Source of the DNA: Octopus vulgaris
Lineage: Eukaryota
Assembly (NCBI GenBank): GCA_951406725.2
Contig: OX597814.1
Coordinates: 166,098,001 to 166,162,000, forward strand
DNA: 64,000 nt
Direction of reading: 5' to 3'
Shown: positions 1-11,703 of the stretch, in pieces
Numbering within the stretch: position 1 is the stretch's first letter
How the letters are laid out: the number at the start of each line of letters is the position of its first letter
Made by a program: the position numbers and the translations under genes
The notes under the pieces: generated by a model
The model's database searches: none
What the model saw: only the letters and a program-made list of their open reading frames with translations
Told to the model about the DNA's origin: nothing

Positions 1-137
1 TACTTATTTAATCGACCCCGAAAGGATGAAAGGCAAAGTCGACCTCGGCGGAATTTGAACTCAGAACGTAGTAGCAGACGAAATACCACTAAGCATTTCG
101 CCCGACGTGCTAACGATTCTGCCAGCTCACCGCCTTC
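1..137 (-). mobile_element. tRNA-derived SINE family A, partial
   Basis: Reverse complement of the aaggcggcgagctggcagaa..gagttcaaattccgccgaggtcgac head found more than ten times in the window. Confidence 0.85.
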
Positions 138-171
138 ATTTGGGCTATATACCTGTTGTAATTTAGTCATC

Positions 172-218
172 CATAGTCTGATAATATTTCGGAATAAAAT
201 TCCTTCTTCAGATATTCT
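172..218 (-). ncRNA. Minimal type I hammerhead-ribozyme-like motif
   Basis: Minus strand: CTGAAGA (211-205) A GGAAT-ttt-ATTCC GAAA tatta TC. Core intact, stem II perfect over 5 bp, stem III short, stem I poor. Confidence 0.55.
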
Positions 219-569
219 TAGATGGAGTCGCTGCTATAATCGGTTTTCCAACGGCTTTTTTTTTTTTCGGAAGCGTCTCAGCAGTGGTCTGACGAAGCTC
301 CTTCCGGAATTCCTCATGAGAAGTGCGTGGGGTCGGCCATGTCTCAATCTCGTGTGTGTTGGTACATCTGTAGCGCTGCTTCTAAGTTATGTATTATACG
401 TGCAGCTTCTTTTACCCCCCTTCTGTTTTTTTTTTTTTTGTTATAAACAATTTATGAGCATATTATCAAAAATGAACCTACACGCATCCAGATGTAGCTA
501 AATAATATATTGATTACCAACCTCTAGCCTGTTGTTAATTTGGGGCCCTAGCCTGTGTATTTCTAATGG

Positions 570-690
570 TTTTCCAACTGTTTTTGACAAGGCATCCAGA
601 ATATCAGTGGGACCTCTTTTTATTCGCTTGGGCATCACAATTTTCTGGGCATTACGTGACTTCTCCTTTGTTTGTGTTACCACCTGACAG
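570..690 (-). pseudogene. PTCD3/mS39-like N-terminal fragment (captured fragment or isolated exon)
   Basis: Reads KIVMPKRIKRGPTDILDALSKTVGK, resembling the invertebrate PTCD3 IPxRIxRxPTDxLxALxxTV motif. Similarity stops before the expected DP..HY..DDP. Confidence 0.55.
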
Positions 691-1055
691 CTGGAGATAA
701 CCATGACTGTTTGTTTTGATGATGAGAACATGATAAAAGTTTACTCAAAGATTTGAGACTTAGTATTGTAGACGAAATTGCAGGACACCAAGTTCGCCAT
801 ACAGGGATCAAATCTATGTATATATAAATATAATAAGATAAATTTTAATTTTCTTAGAAATTTTACATGTTTCGGTTCTTCTTGAAAAAACGAACCTTAT
901 CAAAAATATTTTAAAAAGTTAAGTGTAATAAAAGCTGCACGTATAATACATAATTGTTTCTTACTAGTCTTAACAGAGTCCACGTGTTGGTTTTTTGTGA
1001 GGGGGAGCATAATAGTTGTCTTGTGTGTTGACTAGATTCGTTGGCTAAAGTTGGG

Positions 1056-1090
<35 letters not shown>

Positions 1091-1149
1091 GAACAACAAA
1101 TCCACACGTTGGAAAAATTTAGAACAACTATCACAGTTTAACCCTAGAT

Positions 1150-1990
1150 CAACCTGACAGAACAGACCTAAGATCAAAAGTAATACAACTGAAGAAATCC
1201 CGTCTTTTTTCTGTGGGCAAGAAACCCAGGATCATATTCTCCAACGTGTTCCCCGCCCATCTTTTTTTTTCTTTAAAGCAGAATCTGTAGAAAATTTGAC
1301 TTGTTTCTAACAGATTGAGCGACCACATTGAAGTTACCTCGATGGTTAAAGAATGGTCGAAGAGTCTAGTTCGGGACCATATTGTTTTAGAATGATTTAA
1401 AGGCGAATTCTGGTTTAAGCACCCTATATAACCTGCCATAACCTTTTTTTTAATTTTTGGAATTTTCAGAAAGTTCCTGCACACGGGAAGTCATGCGATC
1501 ATGAAAAAAAAAAAAATTTTTTTTAAGTCTTTAATCCCCTTACCCCCATAAATCCTAAAAGTCCCCTTCTTTTTCGAATTTTTTTTTTAAACCAGAGATT
1601 ACAATGGGGACAGTCCGAATTGTTTGCTTAAATCACAGCAATGGACAACCTTTGGGTACATCATCATTCCGTTAAATGTTTTTATGGGGAGAAAAATATT
1701 GAGAAACATCAATACACGTCAGAGTGGCAAAACAAAAAATAATAAAAACGAGGAAGATATCAGGTGGTCGTGAGACGTGTTAAAACAAAGGCTAAATTGC
1801 TCTTAATCACTCACACGCGCGCGCGCACATACAAATTTCATAATCGAAAGAATTATCGCGTTTAGAATATAAATTTGCAAAATTTTTCTGAAAATTCCAA
1901 GACTTAAAAAATAATTGAGAGGAGTTACAAAGGGTGCTTAAACCAGAATTCCGCCGGTACCAGAAACATTGATCGGATTGGGCATTTTGA
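1150..1990. mobile_element. Decayed Penelope-like fragments in both orientations
   Basis: Minus: YIG..RTRLFDH..LLETSQ (GIY-YIG-like). Plus ~1645-1690: frameshifted TAMG-QPLG-..NVFM (PLE RT-like). Inverted repeat at ~1402-1425 / ~1931-1954. Confidence 0.4.
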
Positions 1991-2447
1991 TAAATCAAAG
2001 TGATCGAAAAAGAAAAAAAAAAGCAAACAAACTGGGTGTAAGGGGAAAAACTCAGTAAACGCGCGCCACTTTCATTTTGTCAAGCTACCTTGTATTTATT
2101 TGGTGGCCGTGGAAGATTTTAAAAAATTTTATTTTAGATACCACGTTGTGGTCAGCTTGTTTTTCTTAAGGGAATTTTGGCGGCGGGGTGATGGTGTGCA
2201 ATTAAGAATAGCATTTTGTGTTGTTGGATTTTGTTGATTTTAAAATTATTTTTGTATTGTTGGTGTTTTTGTGTTGCTGTTCATTTTCATGTTGTGTGTT
2301 AGATCGTTAAATATCTTTCGTTTATTAAGATAGAAGGCCGTGATTAAATGATGATTGAGCAATGGTTTCTAGCATGTCAAGTTACCGCATAAAGACTCCA
2401 TTGTGAGGGCAACAAAAAATAATTCTTCAACAAAAATAACAACATAC

Positions 2448-2495
<48 letters not shown>

Positions 2496-2856
2496 ACTGT
2501 ACCCGCAAAATATTTTTTATAACAAATAAACTAGCGGCAAAACAATCTGAAATTTTTTCCGTGATAGGTAAACAAACAGATACCAATTACAGCTTGAGCA
2601 AGTGAACGGTACACATAATAAATAATACAGGGTGCCCCGAACACATCGTTACTTTAGCCACTTTTTAATCATGCTCACCAAAACGAAAAAAATAAATGTA
2701 CTTTTTTAAAGGAAAAATACTGTTTCCGTGACTACAAGTATCTGCAATAATTTTATCTTAAACTTCAAATGCTGAAGTTTTAATATAATATGACTGTCCA
2801 GAGGTGGAATACTTTTCAATAGGTACATAGTTTACATAGATACCGAATTTATCAAC

Positions 2857-2933
2857 ATGCTTATTAACTGTAACACGAAAATCATCTCCGATCGTATAAT
2901 TTTAGTACCGTACGAAGCTGCTCATGTCCCAAA
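2857..2933 (+). CDS. NAT9: NAT9-like N-acetyltransferase (GNAT), coding exon 1
   Basis: ATG at 2857 reads MLINCNTKIISDRIILVPYEAAHVP(K), matching the NAT9 N-terminus (..LVPY...HVP). Donor GTAAGT at 2934, phase 2. Confidence 0.9.
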
Positions 2934-3560
2934 GTAAGTTCTGCTCAACCATACAAATCTATTTTTTAATTTTATTTAATGATTTTAAGTTTTGAAGTTA
3001 GCTCCTTATTTTGAAAAGAGCTACTTACCATGTCGATCTCCATTTATCTTGATAAATCTACGACGTTTGTCGCTATGACAATAACTTGTTTCTTTTATCA
3101 GTAAAACTGATTTTAGGCTGAATCAATAGAGCATCGAATAAATGCCTTGTATTCACGCTCCTTTACGTTCTGAGTTCGAATCCTGCTGAAGTTGACTCAG
3201 AATATTGACTTTTTGCGGTCCTATATATTAACCATTTCGGTTAATATAGGGCGTAACAAATATCAGAAAATCAAAAAAAAAATGTGTGTAATAGGTGTAA
3301 CCCAGATTAACCAGATAATAGGTTACACCTATTACAGATGTGTGTAATAGGTGTAACCCAGAATTAACCCAGATTTCTGCCCTACCGACTTTGGATGATC
3401 ATAACTCAGAAAAATGGATATTTTTTAATGAAAAATGTTCTACGATTATGTGTTATATCATGTAGATTCAGAATTTTAAAAACTTTTGGGGAGAAAGTGT
3501 TTTAGGAGGGGGTGGATGGGGAATTTCGGAAAATTCACCGGCGTCCACTTCAAGTCGTCT

Positions 3561-4047
3561 TAACTTTCAAGGAAATTGATATTTTTTAATGAAATTCTCT
3601 ACAAATGTACCTTGGACTATGTAGATTCCAAGAACACAGGAATTTTGGAGGAAAACAATTAGGGGTTATTTTTGAGGACCGTTCCCCACCCGAGATGTTT
3701 CCGAACAAGTCGTCCATATTTGTTTCATTTTCTCCGTTTTGTGCGTTTGTGCATCCGTAGATTTCTACTGTTATTTTTAGCATAACGAGTTTTCTGGTGA
3801 GGGCTTCATTTGCTTTCATGGCCCGTTTGTTGCTTCAGTAGAAATCTACGGATGCACAAACGCACAAAACAGAGAAAATGAAACGTATGGACGACATGTT
3901 CTGAAACACCCTCGATTGGGGAACGGTTCTCAAAAATAACCTCCAGTTGTTCCTCCCCATCAAATTTCCTATCTTCTCGGAATCTACATAGTCTGAGGTA
4001 TATTTGTAGAGGATTTCGTTAAAAAAATATTCATTTCTTGAAAGTTA
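3561..4047. repeat. Foldback inverted repeat (MITE-like), ~210 bp arms
   Basis: 3561-3770 is reverse-complementary to 3836-4047, with a 65 bp spacer and near-perfect inner arms. Confidence 0.85.
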
Positions 4048-4649
4048 GAAATTAGTATTTGGTAATGGCTAATGCAGTTTGACAAGGCATGAAGGACCCA
4101 CAATCTCGCTTGTTCATTTCAAATTCGTATCCATGCTTTAGGTATGGTTTACAATTGGCTTTGCAAAGTTGTTTTGATCTCCATCTGAAGTAGCTAATGA
4201 TTTTCAGAAAAGCATGAACACCAACAACTGTGACTCTTTTAAAGTATAAACCTTTTGTGCCTTGTCAGGAAAGAGAGAGAGAGAGAGAGATTATGGAAGT
4301 GTTGTGATCTTAAAAATCTCATTTCAGTATTCTTCACATGAACCCCATTTCCTTCAGAGAATGCTTATATATTGAATGTTGTGCCCCCAAACTAAAGGCT
4401 TACAGAATGAGGTCCCTATTTTAAAGGTGGGGTTTGCTGAAAAAAGATTATGCTTCTATATTGACCTGGACAAGCAGCAACACATCATTGCTCATTGTCT
4501 CAAAATATATTGAATTTTGTGTTACACTCAGTACAGATTTTGTTATGAGCTTATTGCAAGGCTTTTAATGTGATTCCTTTCAGTTTATCATTCTAACAAA
4601 TAACTGTTAATAAGTTGGTGTTAGGAAAGAACACTCCCAAAGAACTAAA

Positions 4650-5190
4650 ATAATAATAATGAAATTATTGTATACAGTGCTCAGGTGCACCACTGCTTGT
4701 CAAAAAGTGTGTATAAAGTATATGCAGTAATGTACAAATGTCTGGAAAGCGAACTGTGTATGAGTCAGATATATGCTTGCGTGTGTATGGAGGGGAGAAA
4801 ATCAGGTGTAGTGTTGGCGAATCTCAGGAAGCATGGAAGTTTTGAAGGATGCAGTGCTCCGACAACTAACAACTGATGCCGGCAGTCTGTTCCATGCTTC
4901 AGCAACTCTTAGCGTGGAAAAATGTTTCTGAAAGTCATGGGAGCTGTGCTGTTTTCTGACTTTATAAACATGTACATGGGTGTTAGACAGGTAGAGTTTG
5001 AAAAGGTGCTCAGAGTTATTGTTTGTACAATGGTTAATAATTTTATGGGTGTCTGCCAAGTCAGCTGCCAGACGTCGGAGTTTCAATGTGTCCATGCCCA
5101 GATGATTAATATCCAGACGATTAATATCCTGGGCAAGATAGGGGTTCCAGACCGGTGATGCAAATTCCAGGTGAGGTCATACCATAGCTT
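4650..5190 (-). mobile_element. CR1-type LINE 3' fragment
   Basis: RRLAADLADTHKII..RVAEAWNRLPASVV..SFK is the CR1 ORF2 C-terminal pattern. Short (TAT)n tail near 4650. Confidence 0.8.
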
Positions 5191-6475
5191 TGGAAAACAA
5201 GAGTATCATCCATTTGATATACAAAACTTAATGAGCACTGTTTCACCATCATTATTATCGTCATCATTTTATGTCTACTTTCCATGCTGGCATGAAATTG
5301 GATGGATCATCACAGTTGAGTCTGTTGGAAATTACTGTCCTGTTAGAAGGTTGGAGGACTGCCTTGCTTATATGTTTCATTTTCAGTTTAGTTTCTATGG
5401 CTGGATGCTCTTCCTATCACCAACCACTTTACAGAATGTACTAGTATTTTATTGTGCTACCAGCACTATGGAGTTGCTTTGTACTCCATAAGATTTAAAG
5501 AGTCCTCTCTACTTTATGATGTGTTCATTCACTCAAGGCAACATGACTGAAAGGTAAATAGCTGAATTAAAATGGTTGGGTGAAGGAAACCAAAGAATGT
5601 AAAAACAAATTGATGGGATGACAGGGTAGTAGATGGGATGAGAAAGTTATGGGTAGTAATAGATGTGGACAATCTATTGTTTCTAAAAACAAAATATTTT
5701 GAGTTATTACTTTGGAAAAATATCTGTTACATTGTTTATGTTTTCCTTTTCCATTTTTTCTTCCTTTTTTTTGTTGACATTTTGAAATGTTAAACTTGAA
5801 ACATTTGAAATTATATCAGATATAAAAAAAGAGTAGAATTTGGTCTGAAATAGATTTCTCATCTAAAATTTTGCAAAATGATGTACTTTAAATATTCTTT
5901 CCCTCTCTGAGAATCCAGTCAATGTGTCAACATATGACGCGAGTTCAATTCCTATAGGGCTCTCAATTTTTATTCACTTTCACATTTGCTTTGTGTATCT
6001 GTACAACACCAGTTACAAACCAATCTTAATTTATTCATCATTAAATGAAACAGTGTAGCTTCAACAACCTACAGTCATCACCCTAACAAACATTAACATC
6101 AGATAAATAAAATACTAGCCATATCCTTAAGAAACAACACAAAATGCTACCTAGCAAACAATCTGTGGTAATCTAACACATGTATATAACATCTAGAAAC
6201 TATATTTTCTTCAACTCTTTACCAAAAAGATATGTTCTCTTACCCATTCATTTTAACTTATAGTTACTTGTTTGTGTTTGCCCAACACCTCAGCAAAACA
6301 AACACACAGCCTTATATACAGGCTGTGTGCTTTATATTCCACAGACAGGATATGCGACTATTCTAAATCCATACCAACCACCCACAGACCTGGCTCTATA
6401 CAAATGAAGTAGCTTTTCCAAACTTTATCTCCCTTTTTAGCAGCAACACAGGAGAACTTCAGATATAACCTGTCA

Positions 6476-6692
6476 GAAACGTTAGCACGCTGGGTGAAAT
6501 GCTTAGCGGTACTTCGTCTCTCTTTACGTTCTGAGTTCAAATTCCGCCGAGGTCAACTTTGCCTTTCATCCTTTCGGGGTCGATAAATTAAGTATCAGTT
6601 TACGCACTGGGGTCGATGTAATCAACTTAATCCTTTTGTCTGTCCTTGTTTGTCCCTTCTATGTTTAGTCCATTGTGGGCAATAAAGAAATA
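6476..6692 (+). mobile_element. SINE family A with 15 bp TSD
   Basis: agatataacctgtca at 6461-6475 and 6693-6707. Confidence 0.9.
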
Positions 6693-7215
6693 AGATATAA
6701 CCTGTCACCCACACACATTCACACACCCATCGAGAAAACAAAATTGTTAAGAATTTTGTATGACCCTAACCCTAAAACAAAAGCAAAAAAACAAAAAGCA
6801 TGCAATGCACAAACATAACTAGAACACTCGCAGGTATCACATTCAACCATAATAATGAAACAATAACATTGTGAATACATTATGGACTATGTGACTTCTG
6901 CTTGGGTTCCAACGTGTCCTTAACAAATTGTAAATAACACAAAACAAGATCCTTCATGTTATCACAGTCTGCACAATGATCACACCCAAAATACTCAAAA
7001 TGAATGACAACTTGGATATATGAAAAGTAGAGTTTGGCTGACTTAATTCACATATCTCTCAATCCTTTCAACTACATGTGTAATTATCCATAAACAGGGT
7101 GGTTTTTTTGGGGTGGAGAACGGGCGGAAGTCTTGCCGTGGTTTTTTTTTTTTTTTTTGCAGAATCAGAATCTCCTTACTCGAAAATAGGGGGTTCTATA
7201 ATAAAAAAAAAAGAT

Positions 7216-7400
7216 GGATCTTTTCGCTTTGACCGGCAGATTTTTAAAATAATTTCTTTGTAACTAAACACTTTTAAACTTCGTATACTGGTAGAATGTG
7301 TTTATAAAACATCTTTTTCTCTTGGCTTTCTTGAGAAAATTCTGGGATCTTTTCGCTTTGACCGGCAAATTTTAAAAATAATTTCTTTGTGAAAAGATCC
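7216..7400. mobile_element. Deleted copy of the GGATC-terminated foldback MITE
   Basis: Starts ggatcttttc, repeats the left end at ~7345 and ends gaaaagatcc. Same family as 37332-38134. Confidence 0.75.
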
Positions 7401-7861
7401 AAAAAAAAGTGGAGTGCGGTTCACATTTTTTACGTCCGCCGACAAAAGCTGAATAGAAACTCATCTCTCTCTCTCTCTTTCTATCTCTCTCCTTCTTTCT
7501 CTCTCTCTTTCTCTCTATGCGTTTGTGTGTGTGTCACTTTGTTGATGTTAGTTGGCGAAGGATATAAATAACTAAGAAAATCGACTACCAAATGTTTTCC
7601 GAAGTTCCTTTTTTATATTTATTTTGTACTATTACAAAGACGCTCTTGTTTTTCTCACTGTCAGAAATATAATGAACCAGTAATTAACCTGCTGTAAATC
7701 TGTAACCAACGACGTTACTGTTCACTAATCACAATACAGCGCCTCAAAATTCTAATGAAAAAGAAATAAATGTCTAATTAGTACACGTAGCTATTTAAGA
7801 AAAAAATAAATAATGTAATTTGCATGACGGATTAACACTAGAGTTATGTCCCTTGCACCAG

Positions 7862-7963
7862 TTCTTAAATAAGAATATTCTGGACAGTGATTTCGAAGTT
7901 TCGATCACTTAAGCCATCGTCGGACTGTTCACAGTGATTGTCAATAATATTCTTGTTTAAGAA
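7862..7963 (-). ncRNA. Degenerate type I hammerhead-like motif with extended stem I
   Basis: Minus: acagt CCGACGA tggcttaagtgatc GAAA cttcgaaa TC actgt. Outer inverted repeat at 7862-7879 / 7946-7963. Confidence 0.5.
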
Positions 7964-8280
7964 TAATAAATTTGTACTCTATCGAAATATAGAGTAACCC
8001 AGCAGATTAACGTAAAATTGTTTTCATTATAACTGAACATAAAAAAAAAATATTAACATAATATAAATATGTGTGTGTGTATTACTTGTTTTAGCTATTG
8101 GATTGCGGACATGCTGGAGCACCACCCAGGAATTTTTAAACCAATGAATTGACCCCAGTACATTTTTTAAAGCCTAGTACTTACCCTATTTTGCCGAAGT
8201 GCTAAGTTAGGAGAACGTAAACACACCAATACCCACACACACACGTGCATTCACATCTCTCTGTCTCTCCTCCCTCTCTC

Positions 8281-8327
<47 letters not shown>

Positions 8328-8749
8328 ATATCATCAACCATCATCATTTAACGTCTGCTTTCCATGCTGGCACGGATTGGACGGTATGATAGGAGCTGGT
8401 AAGCTCCAGAGCTTTCTTTCTACTTTGTTACCCAAGTGAAATTCCTTACACACACGCACGCAGCGTGAGAAATATACAGAGAAAGAGTAAGCGACAGTAT
8501 ACTGAATTTAAAGTGGGGAAGTTCACAACGAGAAAAGCATTAAAGACAGTGAGACAGAGACAGATAGTGAAAGGCACATAGTCAGGTGCATGACTGACTT
8601 GTCTTGCATGTCATATCAAGAGAGCAGGAAGCAACATGCATGAGAGATATACCTGTACAGAGTGTGAGAGAGAGTGTGGTGAATATATATATAGAGAGGG
8701 GAAAGCGTAAAAGTCAGATAGAGAGAGGTAGATAGACAGTTATAAGATA

Positions 8750-10285
8750 CTAGCAGTATCGCCCGGCGTTGCTCGGGTTTGTAAGGGAAATAACTATATA
8801 AGCATTTTTAGAGAGTTATAGCCAAAAAATAGCAAAAAAATGCATTAAAAATTGAAAAAAAATTAAGGTAAATTTTTTTTTAAATCGTTGACACATCGTA
8901 GATATTTTTAGAGAGTTACTTCCCTTATATAAAAGCGAAAAAAATGCATTAAAATGGAAAAATATGTTGGTAAATTTTTTTAAAATCGTAGACTCATCGT
9001 AGACGCGCGCTAATACCCAGAAGGGCTCGATATGAATCACGACTATAAGATACCCGCTTTTGGTTAAACTGCACCGCAAAATGTGGGAGTAGTTACGAAT
9101 CTAAATCGTAGGAGACAGACACACAACTTCACTCTTATATAAAGATGCTTTTTTTTTTCAGTCATAGAGTTAGATTTATGAAGGTCTTCAGTAGAAAATC
9201 CTTCGAATTCTGACTCGCTGCTTGATATAATGAAATTCGTATCCATTTTTTGTCAGAATTACAAATTTTGAAAACACAATAGGAACAAATTTCGGAAAAA
9301 AATCTCCCATAATTCACGGAATTAAAATTACACTTCGATTTTTGTACAAAACTGTATTTGAAGTGTTTACGAAGTATAATACGTGTTTTCACGAATGTAC
9401 TAAAGAGATTTACTCTGATATTCTCATTTAAATATGAATAGGTAAATTCGGGCAGTTTGGTAACGAAAGGGTTTATATAAGTGTCGTCTGTTTATACATA
9501 AACACTGTTTCATACTTTCAGTTTAGTCTTCCTCAAATCACTTTGTCGCTATTTACTCTCTTCCAAGAACATTTTCACTCACTCTTATCTCTTAGCTTGC
9601 CATACATTTTACTCATGTATCTATCAGCGTGATAGACAGAAACAAATATTACATCTAGTTTCACTTTATTCGTTGCACACTGTGTGTGTGCGTTTGCGTG
9701 TGCTGTAAACCAGACTAAGAAAAGCATTTGACATACACACCAGAATGTGAGTTTTCTGTAAATTTTGCTTAATTGGAGTTTAAATTTTAAAAACTGGACC
9801 TGGCAAAACCCGATGCATTCTACTCTTAAAAATGCTAGGTAAATTGTAATTGAAGAAATCCTATATTGTAGATTTCTATAACTGACAAAGGGAGGCAGAT
9901 AAAATCTGCCTTTTATAATAAGAGACAAGCACTATGACCCGGCGTTGCCGGGTCATAGTGCTAGTGCATGCATATACAGCTGCGTGCGTGCGCACATACT
10001 CGTGAGTACTGTCCAGATCTCCAACCAATCACATACAGCTAGCTGGCATTCAATTGGCGTATCAAGTTTTGGGCATTTTGATTGGGTTTTGGATAGAAAA
10101 TTCACAAAAAAGTCACTTCCATTGATTTTTTAATGGCTTTGCAGGGTGACTGGGGAAATGTAAAGATGTGCACAACCACCCTTGGACGGTTTTGAATGAC
10201 CATAGAAAGTGCAAGCCCTCTAACTGAAAAATTGTGGATTTGTATAAAGGACACACATGCAGACATTTTACTGTTTATATATAGA
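8750..10285 (-). mobile_element. Stack of non-autonomous Helitron modules
   Basis: 3' hairpin cccgagcaacgccggg plus CTAG|T at 8750. 5' TC..TATA.AA ends at 9145, 9925 and ~10285. Second hairpin at 9929-9962. Confidence 0.7.
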
Positions 10286-10554
10286 GGTAACACACTCATA
10301 CACATATGCAAATGTATACACACTCAGGTAATAATGAGTTTAAGATAGTGGTTTCTAAAGACATTCTGTGTTGGCAATCAGGAAGTTGAGTTATTTCTTG
10401 TAGCAAATTATATTTCTAGATTACTAATAAACAAAAACCTTCTTGGGATGCAGATTTTGAAGATTAAATTCTGTTTTTGTCTAGGATGCATTGTTTTGGT
10501 GCCTTTCGGTGACATGCACATATACACATACACTCTCATTTATAAAGTATATAT

Positions 10555-10890
10555 ATATATGGAAATTGTAGTTGTGATACCTGTGCCGGTGGCACGTAAG
10601 AAGCACCATCTGAATGTGGCCGATGCTAGCGCTGGCTTCCGTGCCGGTGGCACGTAAAAAGCACCAACTGATCATGGCCGTTGCCAGCCTCCCCTGGCAC
10701 CTGTGCCAGTGGCACGTAAAAAGCACCCGCTACACTCACGGAGTGGTTGGTCTTAGGAAGGGCATCCAGCTATAGAAAACACTGCCAGGTCAGATTGGAG
10801 CCTGGTGCAACCTCCTGGCTTCCCAGACCCCGGTCGAACTGTCCAACCCATGCTAGCATGGGAAACGGACGTTAAACGATGATGATGATA
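10555..10890 (+). repeat. RTE-3'-tail repeat ending in (GAT)n
   Basis: ..ggaagggcatccagc..ccaacccatgctagcatgg..gttaaacgatgatg. Other copies at ~12820, 13740, 18782, 24938, 25432, 35680, 35865, 39125, 44862, 48695, 52864 and 60629. Confidence 0.85.
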
Positions 10891-11703
10891 TGTATATATA
10901 TGAAAAGTTCCAGGCTTTAGAGAAAAAATACAGGAGGATCAGTTAATTGTGATTTTATTAAACATATTCCCCTCTCAGAATCACACACTGCGGTTGTCCT
11001 TCAGTTTTCCTAAACCCTGTAAAAGAACTGGAAGGTTGGACCTCCAACCAGGCCTTTTGCAATACCCTTAAAACCGGGAACTTTTCAGTACCCCCCTCAT
11101 ATATATTTAAGTATAAATATATGTATACATATGTGTGTGTGTGTGTGTGTGCGTGCATGTATATTTGTTTGTTTGTATACACATATGTATGTATATTATA
11201 TTAAAGACACACGTGTGTCTATGGTTCTGTATTTTTGCTGCATTTTCATATTTGTCTCTTTTCTTTAGTTTAAAACTATAAAGTTCTTAGTTTCATCAAT
11301 AGTTGTGGACCTTAATCTTATTTTCTGTTTGAAGTGATTGTTAGTGGCATTTCTATAGTAAGTAGCAAGGATTGTTGAGAATGATGATGTTAATGTCATG
11401 GCAGAGTTTAAAAATTTTATACCTCGCTATTGCCAATATTGTAATTTCATTTTGGAAGGCTATATTAACTAATGACATGATTAACTAAACATTTTTGTTT
11501 CATGTTCAGTAAACACCTTGTTATAAATGCCTGATCAGTGAGTGAAGAAGTGTCATGCTTATATGCATGATGTAACAGTTTACATTAGGGAGTTAACTCA
11601 ACTTCCAAGCTTACACTAAAATTTTAATATTGCATTGGTATGCTCTGTTGCTTGTCAAATTGCTTTGTGTTTGATAAAGATATTTTTAGTTATGATGTTT
11701 GTC

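Noticed and set aside
285-345. ggt-CTGACGA..gtcggcc, resembling another hammerhead
   Set aside because: No GAAA box at the required position.
2040-2856. Possible NAT9 promoter and 5' UTR exon (CpG-containing stretch, acceptor-like ttttcaatag at 2822)
   Set aside because: Plausible, but the start site and any upstream exon cannot be located without transcript data. Nearby CpGs may derive from repeats.
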